DNA of 64,000 nucleotides from Trypanosoma brucei (taxonomy: Eukaryota): contig CH464492.1 of assembly GCA_000002445.1 (NCBI GenBank), positions 96,001-160,000 on the forward strand, written 5' to 3'. Position 1 is the first letter of the stretch, and every line of letters begins with the position of its first letter. Under the pieces are notes generated by a model that saw only the letters and a program-made list of their open reading frames with translations, did not search any database and was not told the DNA's origin. This document shows positions 11,768 to 23,131 of the stretch, in pieces. A program made the translations under genes and the position numbers.

Positions 11768-12615
11768 TTATTATGTTCCTCTACTGTTGGCTTTCTGCTT
11801 AATTTTTGCGGTGGAGTTATGCCCGTGGTAATTACGGGGCCCTGTATTAATATTTTTGAGGGCTGCCGCCGGATCTTTCGGGGCATGGGGTTGCGCCTGC
11901 ATTGCTCTGCCGACACTGCAGTTAACTGTTCACCGCCTCCCCTTGCTTTGGCTAAGTTGCTGTACCGCAAAATGACTTGTCCAGCCTGCTACATCGGCTG
12001 GTTTTAGCTGCCGAACTCCATATTCTTCCACTTCCAAATATTAAGATTTTTTCGTTAGCGCCCCTTGAAGAGCAAATCGTATGGCGGAGCGAAACTGCCA
12101 CAAGCCAGCGTTAAAAATAAATTTGAAGTCGCGCGCAGTAGAAAGTGCAGAGCTGAGATTCACCAAAGAAAAAAAGTAACAAGTCGAGACGACGGTGTGG
12201 GTGAACAAAAAAGAGCCGCTGCATCGCTAAGGAAATTTTTTAAAAACTAAAGTCGCGAAGCTTCACTGCTAGTAAAAAAATTATTAGTAAGAGGAGAAAT
12301 AAACATAACCGTAACCCGAATAACCCTCTCTAGCCTCCCTGTCTTTTTTCCTTCTTCCTACCTCCTACTTTCTTGTATTGGCGGAAAAAATAAACAACAA
12401 AAATTAAACTAAAGTTGAAAAATTAATGAAAATTGAAAAATCAAAACTCAAAAACCGATAAAATAAAATTAAAAAAACATAAAACCTTGATTCAAAAAAT
12501 TCTAACCCTAAAAAATTCAAAAAAAATGTGGAACAAAAAGAGAAATTTGACTCATGAAAAAAATTAACACGCACAGGAAGCTCAAAAAGATTAATAATAT
12601 TTCCGGGTAACTTGC

Positions 12616-12631
12616 GTGTTAAAATATATCA
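12616..12631 (-). promoter_or_regulatory. Conserved VSG 3'UTR 16-mer TGATATATTTTAACAC (exact) belonging to VSG-D
   Basis: Its reverse complement GTGTTAAAATATATCA sits on the + strand. An exact second copy is at 39424-39439 (VSG-M) and a 2-mismatch copy at 18933-18948 (VSG-F). Confidence 0.75.
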
Positions 12632-12670
12632 GATAGCAAAATTCTTTTTAAAGGGAAGGGGAAAATTCTT

Positions 12671-14202
12671 TTAGAAAAGCAAAGCCATAAATGCAGCAGA
12701 AACCATGAGGGCGAAGTGTTGTTTAGGAGGAAACTAAAATCTTTGCAAGTTTCACCCTCCCATTTGTAGCCAGCAGCCTCTCCACAATCTTTCTCTCCTT
12801 TCCCCTTGCATTTCTCCTCTTTCTTTTCTTCCCCTTTGTTCTTCTCTGCTGCCACGCAATTTCCATCTTTGAATTCGCAGCCATCTTCTGTTTTGCACTT
12901 TTCTTTGTTGGTTATCGCTGCGCATTTTTTGCTTATTTCTTTTCTCACTTCAGGACTGCTTGATGCAGTTGCTGCCGTCCTTGAGGCTATGAGCTGTTTG
13001 CCCTGCAAAAATGTTAGCACCGTTGCAGCGCTGTCGGTACCTGCTGTTTCGAAGATCGTCTTGTCGAAGGTCGTTTCTCTTACTTTCAGATTGAGTGGCG
13101 TCTTGTCAATCGAATCTGTTATTCGTGCCGTGAACGCGGTTTGGTCGCTGCCGAGGTAAGCGTCTGTTAGAGCCTTTTTTGCCTGCTGCTCTGTTGGTGC
13201 TTTTCCACCTGGGGCTATCAGGTCCGTTAGTGCCTGCAGTAGTTTGTCGTCTGCTCTAACCGCTGCCCATGATATTCGGTGTATTGGTGTATAAGTGGGT
13301 TTTTTGAGCTGACGGATGTTGCAGAGCGCATTTCCTAGAGTATCCTTGTCGTATTCTGTGTATGGGGCCGTCGGGTTGATTTGCGTGCAGGTTTTGGTTT
13401 CCACATTTGTGAACAGATTGATATCAATGGTGCTGTAAGTTGTTGCCTTCTTTGTGAGCGCCGTTGCCATTGCGTTGTTGGCCGCTGTGTTAAAGTCGCT
13501 GCCCCTTTCGATGCAGCCGCCGTCCTGCATTGTTGAAGCAATGGAGCTGCTGGACAGCTTCCCTTTGCAATGTGTGGTGACTGTGTATGTCGTCGCCGGT
13601 TTGGTCACGTCGATGATCTTGATTTTGGTGTGGCTCTCGTGAGCTATGTCGTTTGTTTTTACCGCTTCTTTTTCTGTGTCTAGCGTGCAGGTGGCTGCTT
13701 CTAGCTTGAACGCGGCCGTGCTTGGGCACTTTACCATGCCTGTGACGCTTTCTAGCTGTGCAGCGGTTGATGGCGCTGTACTAGTTACTTTTGCTGATGT
13801 CGACTCTGTCCTGTGCAAGGTTAGCATAGCGGCTTCCTGCTGCTTTATGATCCGCACAGCATCATTGTAGCGCTTGGCAGCCGCTTCCGTTTCTCGGTTT
13901 AGTGTGTCAATGCCTGCTTCGGTCACTGCCGCCATTGCAAGGAATGCTATTTCTGTTTGCTTGTCTTGGCTGAACGCGGCTTTTATTCTGTAAGCCATTG
14001 CTGTCTTTATCGCGGTTGTCCGGATTTCTTTTGCAGAGGGTCGAGCTTGCTCTAGTTTGCTCGCCAGTTTATGCAGGTACTGGGCCGCTGAACAAGCAGT
14101 TTTTACTTGCTGGGTGGCCGTATCCTCGATGTCCGCGGCGCTTACAGGCAAGATACTGACAAGTGACATAACAAATGCGTGCCACAGGCTTTGTGACTTC
14201 AT
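12671..14202 (-). CDS. VSG-D, a near-intact B-type VSG with a 1-nt frameshift inside the GPI signal
   Basis: The uninterrupted ORF 12619-14235 has a signal peptide from internal Met MKSQSLWHAFVMSLVSILPVSAAD, a full N-domain and a C-terminal domain. After ...CKDFSFLLNN the frame slips (TSPSWFLLHLWLCF...) and reads through the 3'UTR. A +1 frame restores KQHFALMVSAAFMALLF-stop at 12671. Confidence 0.85.
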
Positions 14203-15002
14203 TTTTCTATGCTGTTTTGCTTTGGCTAGACACAAACTGTGGTTTTGTTGCTTGGCTTGTGTCTGACTGCCTTATATGGTGTCGGTATATGAGGAAAACG
14301 GTAAATGCACACCTGTGTTTATTAAGTCTGTAGCCCTTTGTGTTTTGTGTTGTTTCCCAATTGTTTTAAGTTGCTTCGCTTCACAATATTGACCTCTATT
14401 TAAATCCTTTGCCTCCTTTTATTCATTATGTCAAAAAATTTCACACGGCACTATTTACCTTTATTGACATATTCTGCTGGTTGTAAAACCTGCAAGTACT
14501 TCACGGCCATTCTGCATTCACTTCACCACCTTCAGTGCTTATCGTCTGGCGCCACCATCAGATTAAGCACCAGCTCCGTAACCACCTCTGCCGCCGTACC
14601 AAAATATTTTCGAATAAAATATAGGGCAGAATCGGGTCCTTTTCATTAATAAGTTTCTTACGTCCTGTGCTTCTCAATTTTTTTCACACTGTCATTTTAT
14701 TCTGTATTTTTCCTTTTCTTCGCCTGCTGTCGCCTTTTCTGTTAATAAAGTACAGAACGCATTTATCCTGTACAGTGAACTCTGTTTGTTTATCATTTCC
14801 TTGTGCATAATAATGCTCACCTCTGTGTCTGTGCAGGAAAATGCGCATATTATATCTACTTTTCTATTTTCCTTCCTGAATTCCTTCAATCATAATATTC
14901 CACGTACTCTCCATCTTGCTCATTGTTTCTTATCACTCACTCACTCACTCTCATATAACCTTTGCTATCGTTTTAACTTCTCGTATTTTTCTCTTCCACT
15001 TA

Positions 15003-15110
15003 GTCATTATTATTATTACTGCTCTTATTATAATATTTGTATATGCACACTCACAACACCGTTTTATAAAAAAAATTGTTATTATTATCGTTATCATTAT
15101 TTTCCCTACA
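15003..15110 (-). repeat. 70-bp-repeat unit or units upstream of VSG-D
   Basis: CATTATTATTATTACTGCTCTTATTATAATATTTGTATATGCACACTCACAACACC followed by a degenerate ATT-rich tract. Confidence 0.8.
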
Positions 15111-15297
15111 CTCACTATTATGACCGTTAATCAATCATAGTGTCCATAAAGTAAACTGAATAAGTCATATTATAATATCATTCATTTTTCATGTCCTTTC
15201 ACTCTGATACTTTATACTTATATGTTAGCATTGCGTACATTGTAAAAAGTTTCATAAATTTCATTATATTTAGAAAAAATTATTTTAATTATTTTAA

Positions 15298-16782
15298 TCA
15301 TAGTAGCAAAAATGCTGCCTTATTAATGACAAAAGAATTGCTTCCTGTGGTGTTTGTGGTTTTTCCATCTCCCTCATCTTTCTTGACTGTTTTTTCCTCA
15401 GGGTCTGGAAAGCATTTTGGTGTTTTGCTACCATCAAATTTGCATCCCGCGTTCTTGCAGATGTCTTGCTCTGTGTGCTCCTTGCAGTCTTCTTTAGAAG
15501 GAGCGTTTTTGGTGGTTTCTGGTTTAGATGAGCAAGATGTGGAGGACGCCACCGTCTTTTCTTCTTTTGCTGCGGCTTCCCCTTGCCAATAAACAAAAAT
15601 CTTTGGTGCAGCTCCGTCTTCTACTATTTTGAGGAGAGATTTTTCGACTTCTGTTGTTCCGTCTTGATATTTTACGTTGCTCTCTGTTAGCGGCGCCACG
15701 CATCTAGTCTTGTGGCCATCTTTGTTCATTCCTAATAATTTTTTGAGTGCTGTTTTTATGTCTTCTGCCTTTTGTATCGCGCCTTCTTTTGTGTACTTTC
15801 CTGTTGCAATTAAGTAACTGGTGTACAGAGTTGACCACTCCGCTTGCTGTGATAGAGTTTCCGGATTCCAATTATCTGGGTCAGTTGGTTCTGGTGGCGC
15901 TGCCACCAGAAATTCGCAGATGGCGTATGCTACTCTGTCGTTATCGCTTGCTGTTTTGGTCTCCGGTTGTTCCACTGTAGCACAGCCTTGTGTCCTGTCG
16001 TCTTTGGCGTACATGCTTGTCTGTTCTGCCGTTAGTCCTGAGTCAGCTGCCACAGATCCCAGGGTGACTTTCAAAGCATTGCTGCCTTCGCTGCCGCTGG
16101 CGTCGCATCGTGTGCCGCCTGTTGCTGTGTCTACGCTGGCCTGCGCCCCTTTTCCTTGCGCCGCCACCTGTGGCAGCCTCGGCGGTGTTGTCGACAGCTT
16201 TAGTAGCTTTATTTTTGTTGCGGCCTCCCAGTTGAACGCTGTTGATTCTACGCCTGTGTCTGTGGCCTTTCTCAGGTCGCAGGTGTCGCGTGTTGATCCT
16301 GATTGTGTTAGCGTGAATGTGCATTTCGCATTGTATGTCGCCTAGCCGGAGGCGTACGCTGCACCTCCTGCTGTTAGCGATGGGCTACAGTACAAAGCTT
16401 CTATATAGCCTATCCTTTCTGAAAGTATCCGCTGTGCCCTTTGGGAAGCTTCCTGTCGCCACTTGAGCTCTTCCGCGTGCTTTTTATGTTGTATCATAGC
16501 GTAAGCGCTGAGGGTGGTGTAAGCCGCTTTGAGCTGTTTGTCGGTCGTCTGAACCACCGCCAGTTGCCATGCTGTTGCATAGGTTTGTAGCTTGTGTATC
16601 AGGTTCCTCCCTGTTTCCGCCTGCTTTGCTATGTATTTTGAAACAGCCGCTAAGTATATAATCTCAGAACACCGGTTGTTGATCGTGTTGCTTGCTGCGT
16701 CGTCTTTGCCGCTGACATTAGTAACAGCTGCCGCGAGCAACAAGCAAGCAAGCACATATTTTCTTGATATCTCCATTTTCAC
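15298..16782 (-). pseudogene. VSG-E, a VSG pseudogene whose N-terminal and C-terminal halves lie in different frames
   Basis: The N-terminal ORF 16342-16782 starts MKMEISRKYVLACLLLAAAVTNVSG. The C-terminal ORF 15298-16167 ends ...GCKFDGSKTPKCFPDPEEKTVKKDEGDGKTTNTTGSNSFVINKAAFLLL. A frame break lies between 16167 and 16342. Confidence 0.8.
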
Positions 16783-18704
16783 CGCTTCTACACAGTATTG
16801 AACTAGTTTATAGTTTCAAAGTTCGGTTTTCGTTTTTCTGCTTTGTTTTGGGGTGCAGGACGCCAACTATGTTGATTCTGTGCAAGGCGAAAAAATAGAA
16901 GAATGGAAAAACTATTGCCTCAGTGCAGCAGCCACTTTACTTCGTTGAGCTAGTTTGTAGGTTTTCTTTTTTAGTCCTTTTGCAAGCTCTATGATCGATT
17001 TATTCCGCCACAATTAACTGTTTTGCATGTCCCCCTTGTCGTCGTTCACCTCAATGCCTCTAAATACCTCTAGGGTAAATATCTCTGTTTTTTCTCAGAA
17101 GACAACCACTGTCTCCACTTGCGAGTTTTAGATTTTCATCATCATGTCTGTATGCACTAGTGTCGTTACTAACTGCACTGGTATTATTTACTGCTGTTGC
17201 GTATTGTTAGGTGTTTTCGCTGGAATTGGCAGCGGATCACACCGTCTGCTTTGCAACTTCTTTTACATAGCTGCCATCACACCTATCGGTAAGTTAGCGT
17301 GTTGTTTTCCTATTGGCATTATTGAAATCTTACCCATGTATGACAGTCTTCGCGCAGTTGTTACAGCTACCGCGAATGTAACTCTTTTAATACGACGATT
17401 TTTTAACAAGTGCAATCTAGCACCCGCTGTTAGTTCTATTCCTCTCCGCTACTTATTTCCTTTTTTCTAACTTAACGATAAAGAAAGCTGTAGGGTTCCA
17501 AATTACATACGGGAAACGGATGCCATTTTCTGTTTTCTTACTGCTTAATTCGATCCACTTGTACTTTTCTAACTCAACTCGTTTCTAACATGCCAAATCT
17601 GCCATTCATATTTGCGTTTTACATTTTACATGCTAATACAGAAAATAACTAAATGTTTTGTGTTCATACAATAACTTTTCCAATTCTGTTGCGTCTTAAA
17701 ACAACTAATTAACACTATTTCTACAGTGTCTTGTGATGTGATAAAGTTTTTTATACTTTTTATTAATTTCTTTGACGCATTCCTCTGCTTACTGCTTATC
17801 CTTCTAAAATTTAGGCGGTCGCAACACTTTCCGAAAGATTTAAAGCAATCATGAGCTAGTTGATTTACTTTTACTCATTCGTGCTTTTAACTCTGCAGTA
17901 CCAAAAACTCTTATACCAATTGTACGGTTTTTCAATGAATCTTTTTTTTGCTGTACAAGTAAAAAATTAGTGTAGCCTTGCCGCTAATTCTATATAATAG
18001 ATAAAGGTCCTCTAACTGTTTATTTGTGCGATACCTTAAGTAATATCCGCTTTATTCGTTTTTAAAGCATGGTAATACATTAGTAGTCGCAGTTTTAAAA
18101 TCAGAAAACCGATAATATTATATTGTTTCACATGAAGACCCAAAATTATTACTGCATCTGATGAGAAAACTTCTGTGTTACATTACAGTTACACAGTCCC
18201 TTCCCCATGTTTCTTCATCTTTTACTGCTTTTTCTTCGAAACAAAAATAAGAAATCACTATCAGATTAATAACCAGAAATGTAACCGTTAGTGCAGATGT
18301 AGCACCTATTCATTTTTTAGTAAAATACTGAGTATCATATCTTCCTTCTATTGTTTTTATTCCGTACGCTGTAATGCATATACTTCTGTTTCATTACATG
18401 CATTGTTTCCTTCTTTTCCACTTTCTGTCAGTGCCTCTGCCAATACCGTAGCATCTCCGTTTAGATTTCAAACTATGTTGTTTCTCTTCTTATTGTCCTT
18501 CATCACCTCCTTGCGTATGATTCCCATCTTCATTTTTGTGTTTCAAGCTGCACATATTCCATCTATGTCTACCTTTTTCTTTCTGAGTTACTCTTAACAA
18601 AATTATTCGTGCGCTCTCTTACTTACTCTTTGTCACTCACTTGAATTTCACCATTTAAAATATTTTGAGTGCTTCTGTTATTTTAGTGCATTCGGTCATT
18701 ACCA

Positions 18705-18760
18705 TTTTCATTATATTATTAGTACATATACATTCACAATGCTTTCCTACTACTAATTTT
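18705..18760 (-). repeat. Highly degenerate 70-bp-repeat remnant upstream of VSG-E
   Basis: AGTACATATACATTCACAATGCTTTCCTACTACTAA resembles the repeat core and is followed by the conserved ...AATATTCATAAAAT motif. Confidence 0.45.
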
Positions 18761-18945
18761 TCTGTTATAACTCAAAATAATATTCATAAAATTGGAAAAA
18801 AATTATAATGACAGTCATCTTTAATACTATATCACATTCCTGATTTGCACCCCTATGCACTTTTCACGCACATTTTACTATATCTATATTTTCAAAATAA
18901 ATATTCATTATTTTTCAAAGGCTTGACAAAAAATATTAAAATATA

Positions 18946-20502
18946 TCAACTTTTAGTATATTTTTTAAAAACAGGAAATTTCATAAATTTAAACCAAAAT
19001 ATTTGAGAGTACTTTAAATATAATAGCAAAACTGCAAGCAAAAGAGGGGCCTTTTTAATGACAAAAGAATTGCTTCCTGTTGCGTTTGTAGTTTTTTCAT
19101 CGTTTTCTGATTTCACTCCCTCTTCAAGTTTACATTTTCCCTCTTTGAATTCGCACCCATCCTTACCGTTGCACCGAGTTTTATCAGCTATTCCATCACA
19201 TTCAGCCACCTTAGCATCATCTTTTGCATCTGTTTGGATGCCACTTGTTGGTTCCCGTTGTATCACCGTTAGACGCTGGTGCAGCAGCCGGGCCAGTACA
19301 GCATGCGTGTCGTCGTCTAACGTTAGTTTCTCGATTGCCTTCTGTTTTATATTATCGCCTTCACGGACCGGCACCGTTTTTGTTTTAATCAGCGGCTTGA
19401 ATTTGGCGTCGAAGCCGTGCGTTCCTTTGCCGTACGCTGTCCTGAGATATGTTTTTAAATCGCTGTTAGTTGCAATGTCGGATTCTTTGACTAAATTCGT
19501 GAATTTTTTGGTGCAACTGGCTACTGCTTCTTGAATTACTGCGTCTTCCGCAAGTGTGTCGCCGCTTAGTTCTGGCATTGTATGGCCTTCCGCCTTCGTC
19601 TCCAGAGCTTCGCAGATGGCGTCGGCTATTTTTTCCCCCCTTGTGGTGCCGGCACCCTTTTGCTTTGCATGGGCTGCGCAGACCTTTTTGCCGTTTTCTT
19701 CCTTGTATATTGGTGTAGTTTGTGTTGTCGCTATGCTGTATTGCGACGGCTTGTAGCTGGTTGATACCGTATCCCCATTTGCCCAGCTGCAGCCGGCCAT
19801 TGCCTGGCCGATTGTTTTGGTTCCACCGCCGCTGCTGGTGCAGCCGTTGCTGGCTACAGTAAACGTTAATTTGTCGACTTTCTTGAGTTTGTCCAAAGCG
19901 TTTAAGGCTGTTAATTTGAGCTGTGTTGCTTTTGCTGGGTCAGGTTGCTTGTTGGCTATGGTTCTGTCGGTGTCTGGCTGCGATATCGAGCAATCCGCCG
20001 AGTTGCTATGGGCTGTCTCCAGCTGCAGCATTGTCGTGCCGGCGCTGTTGGTGCCGTGGAGGGTTCCAGCCTTCACAGTGACTGCTAACTTACTGTTTTC
20101 GATCTCTGCGAGTAAAACACCTCGTTGCTCTTTGGAGTGCTCTAGTCCGCTCAGCAACGCGTTTGGTGGCTCCTCCGCTTGCTTTTGCCGAAGCTTCAGT
20201 ACCTGTTTTGCTTTGACGGCTAAGGCGTTTATTAGACATTGGTCTTCCGGGCTGTCTGCCGCCGCCGCTGCTATTTCGTATTTTGATGCTGTTAGCGCTG
20301 CTTCCTGCAGCCCTCGGTTTCTGTCTACGATCTTGCTGCGCAGGTGTTCTGCTATTTTCTTTAGATAAAACTCCTCGTCACAAAGTGTTCCTATTCCTGT
20401 CGCCGCCTCGTCGTTGGTGAGCTGTGCTATTGTGTACTGTATACTAGTAAAGAGCACTAATGTTAGTACGATCTGCTTGTTCGGAATTATTTTCTTTGCC
20501 AT
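18946..20502 (-). CDS. VSG-F, a full-length VSG (518-aa ORF) whose stop codon is lost after the GPI signal
   Basis: Starts MAKKIIPNKQIVLTLVLFTSIQYTIAQ (signal peptide) and ends ...CEFKEGKCKLEEGVKSENDEKTTNATGSNSFVIKKAPLLLAVLLL followed by 24 extra residues (YLKYSQIFWFKFMKFPVFKKYTKS). In VSG-E the TGA stop falls right after the conserved TTGCTACT octamer. Here that region reads TTGCTATTATATTT and no stop follows. Confidence 0.85.
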   Translation of the reverse strand: MAKKIIPNKQIVLTLVLFTSIQYTIAQLTNDEAATGIGTLCDEEFYLKKIAEHLRSKIVDRNRGLQEAALTASKYEIAAAAADSPEDQCLINALAVKAKQVLKLRQKQAEEPPNALLSGLEHSKEQRGVLLAEIENSKLAVTVKAGTLHGTNSAGTTMLQLETAHSNSADCSISQPDTDRTIANKQPDPAKATQLKLTALNALDKLKKVDKLTFTVASNGCTSSGGGTKTIGQAMAGCSWANGDTVSTSYKPSQYSIATTQTTPIYKEENGKKVCAAHAKQKGAGTTRGEKIADAICEALETKAEGHTMPELSGDTLAEDAVIQEAVASCTKKFTNLVKESDIATNSDLKTYLRTAYGKGTHGFDAKFKPLIKTKTVPVREGDNIKQKAIEKLTLDDDTHAVLARLLHQRLTVIQREPTSGIQTDAKDDAKVAECDGIADKTRCNGKDGCEFKEGKCKLEEGVKSENDEKTTNATGSNSFVIKKAPLLLAVLLLYLKYSQIFWFKFMKFPVFKKYTKS

Positions 20503-21351
20503 TTTGTGCCTGCTTAATTTCTTTAAAATGGGAAAAGGCGTTGGCTGCTGACTTCTTAGATTTTGCTTTTCTTTTGCTTGTCAGTGTTAATATCGATAAA
20601 GGCCGGTCTATATTTATTGAATATAGTATTCTCCTCTTTAAATCCAGTACTATACCACATTAAAATACTGAATACGTTTCTATGTCTAACACTTTGCGTT
20701 TTATAACGCCTAATTTGCATTACTTTGCAGTGATACCACGAGACATTGTCAATAACGATATAATGTTGGTTTTCCTTTTGTAGGCGGCTTCTGATTCTTT
20801 AGCACTCCTGTCGTGGTTTATTGTTGGTTCTTCTTGGCTCTTGTTCTGTAAAAGGTGTCCTCCCTGCAGTCACCTGTTCTGAATTTTCTTGATACGTGCT
20901 TTCACAGCTTGGTAACTGTGCATTCCTGTGCGAAGTTTGCGTTTGATGAAGAGTGTCAGTTCCTTAGGCTTACACTAATATTGTAGAGGCGATGTTTTAT
21001 TACTAACTCTCTCAACTTTATAAAAATCTTAGGATTGTTTAAATGCGAGCTCCTTTATTGTTTTGCCTCCATTTTTGTGTTGAGCTTTGGTTAAAAAATT
21101 TTCTATGTCACAAATCTCGCCTATTTCTGATAGAGAAATGTAACTCCATGACTGTCTAAGATTAATGCTGTGCCTTTGTTATTTAAACTTTCTCCTAATT
21201 CTGTAAAATGATGCCTGTGACCTCTATTTTTTTTTTGTCAAACCACGTCAATTTCACCCCTTACTCTTTTAATCTCTGTCTGAGCTACACACACACACAT
21301 ACTCCCATTATACCTTGATGTTTCTTTCCGTGCATTTTTTGCAGTTTCTAT

Positions 21352-21515
21352 TTATCATTATTACTGCTCTTATTATATTATTCGTATATACACACTCACA
21401 ACACTTTCCTATTATTATTATCATTATTATCATTATTATTATTAATACTGATCTTATTATAATATTCGTATATACACACACTCACAACACTCTCCTATTG
21501 TTATTATTATCATTT
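21352..21515 (-). repeat. Two 70-bp-repeat units upstream of VSG-F
   Basis: Two copies of the ...CTTATTATA(T/A)TATTCGTATATACACACTCACAACACT(T/C)TCCTATT... core separated by an ATT/ATC tract. Confidence 0.85.
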
Positions 21516-21748
21516 TCATTTTATCCTAAATTCCTTATAATAGTCATTAAAAATAGATGACCAAAATTAGAATATCATTCATTTTTAATTTTCTGTTACT
21601 ATACTACCTTGCACACATAGGATACTATCATACATATTTAACTGAAATTATAAAATTTTCATTTTTTTATGCTTCTCAAAATAGAAAAATAGCAAAGTTT
21701 CATACAGATTTATCATAGAAGAAATGCAAGTAAAGGAGGGGTTGTAAT

Positions 21749-23131
21749 TCAAACAGAATTTCTCGCTCTATTGTTTGTAGTTTTCCCATCATTCCTTCCA
21801 GTTTCTTGGCTTTCTTGTTCTGCTGCTTTTTTGCCTCCCCCTATTCAATTTTGCACTTCTTTTCTACACATTTTGCTTCAACCACTTTGCATGGTTGTTT
21901 GCATTTATCCCCTGTTCCTTTCGTTCAGAAAATTTCTTCTATCTCTTGTTTCTCTGGTTTGTTCGATTTTTCTGAAATTTCTTTGAATTTTTCTAAGTAT
22001 TCTACGTTTTTGATTGCCGCTGTTGTATACGCCGCTAAAATACTGGTTAGGACGCTGATGTCCTCTTCGGTCGAAATATTGTGCCCTGCAGGTGCATTTC
22101 CAACCTTCATGTCGGTTTTAAAATTTGTTACTGTTTGCCAAACCGTTTTGTCCAGTGCATCTGCGCCTGTGTCGTAAAAAGTTTGAAGTCTCGCCGTCAA
22201 ATCAGGTATGGGTTTACTTGGGTCTAATCCTTGACTGATTTGGAAAGCTTTGACGAATGCTTCGTCGCGCGCTAGTGTCGCGAGGTCGGGGTTTTTATAT
22301 GTGACAAGAACTTCAGGTCTGTCTTTGTTGTGTTTCCATGCTTCTGCCAGCACGTATTTTCCGTCTGAGGGTTGTGAGTTTTCTAAGTTACTCATTTGGA
22401 CGTGTTGTACCGCGCCGGCTGCTGTTTGCAGGAGGCCACCGCCTAGGTGGCGTGTTCCTTCCGGCTGGTTGGTTTCCAGCAAGCCTTCATCGTTGTTATA
22501 GGTAAAGGGGCGGTAGTTATCTTCGTTGCTTGCTGCAGCTGAGGTTGCGCTGTCTTTGAAGTATGTCAGTCCATCGCGTAGCAGTACCGTTGCCGGGTTT
22601 ATAGTGTCCTCGGCCTCGAAGGTTAGCTCTTTGCACGTTGTGTGATCGGATTTTAAGGAGTCGAGGGATGTGTGCGAATTGCTGCTGTCGGCATTGGTGG
22701 GTGGGCACCCTTCGGTTCTGTTACTGATTGACGTCGTGGCTATCGTTATTAGCTCCCGGATGTGTTCCATCGCGAGAGCCGCTGACCTGATCCTTTTTCT
22801 ATCCTATTGCATTGTTTCTGTCTTGTTTTCGGCGTTGAGTTCGCTTACTTTTGCCTGTGGGTAGGCTATAACGGGTACGTAAAGCTTTCGGCGCCTGTTT
22901 TCTGGTAGCTTCGAAGAAGATTTGCGTTCTCAGAAGCTGCTTTTCCGCTTCCACTGCTTTTCGCCGTCTTTGACTTGCTGCTTGCGTCGTTTCATCGATC
23001 CGCTTCCTGAGTGGCGCATAGATATCGCACATAGACTTCCATACTTTGGGCGCTAGAGAGTGCAGGTTGGCAGCGCCTCCATAGGGCGCTACTAAACTTA
23101 GAGTTACCAGTACTAAAATAACGATTTTCAT
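21749..23131 (-). pseudogene. VSG-G, an A-type VSG pseudogene with multiple frame breaks
   Basis: The signal-peptide ORF 22799-23131 starts MKIVILVLVTLSLVAPYGGAANL. The central ORF 21925-22770 is 281 aa. The C-terminal domain (..GKTTNNRARNSV-stop) is degenerate in a third frame. Confidence 0.7.

Noticed and set aside
12504-12515. CTAACCCTAAAA resembling a telomeric CCCTAA unit
   Set aside because: It is a single copy inside an A-rich spacer. No tandem hexamer array is present, so it is not a telomere tract.
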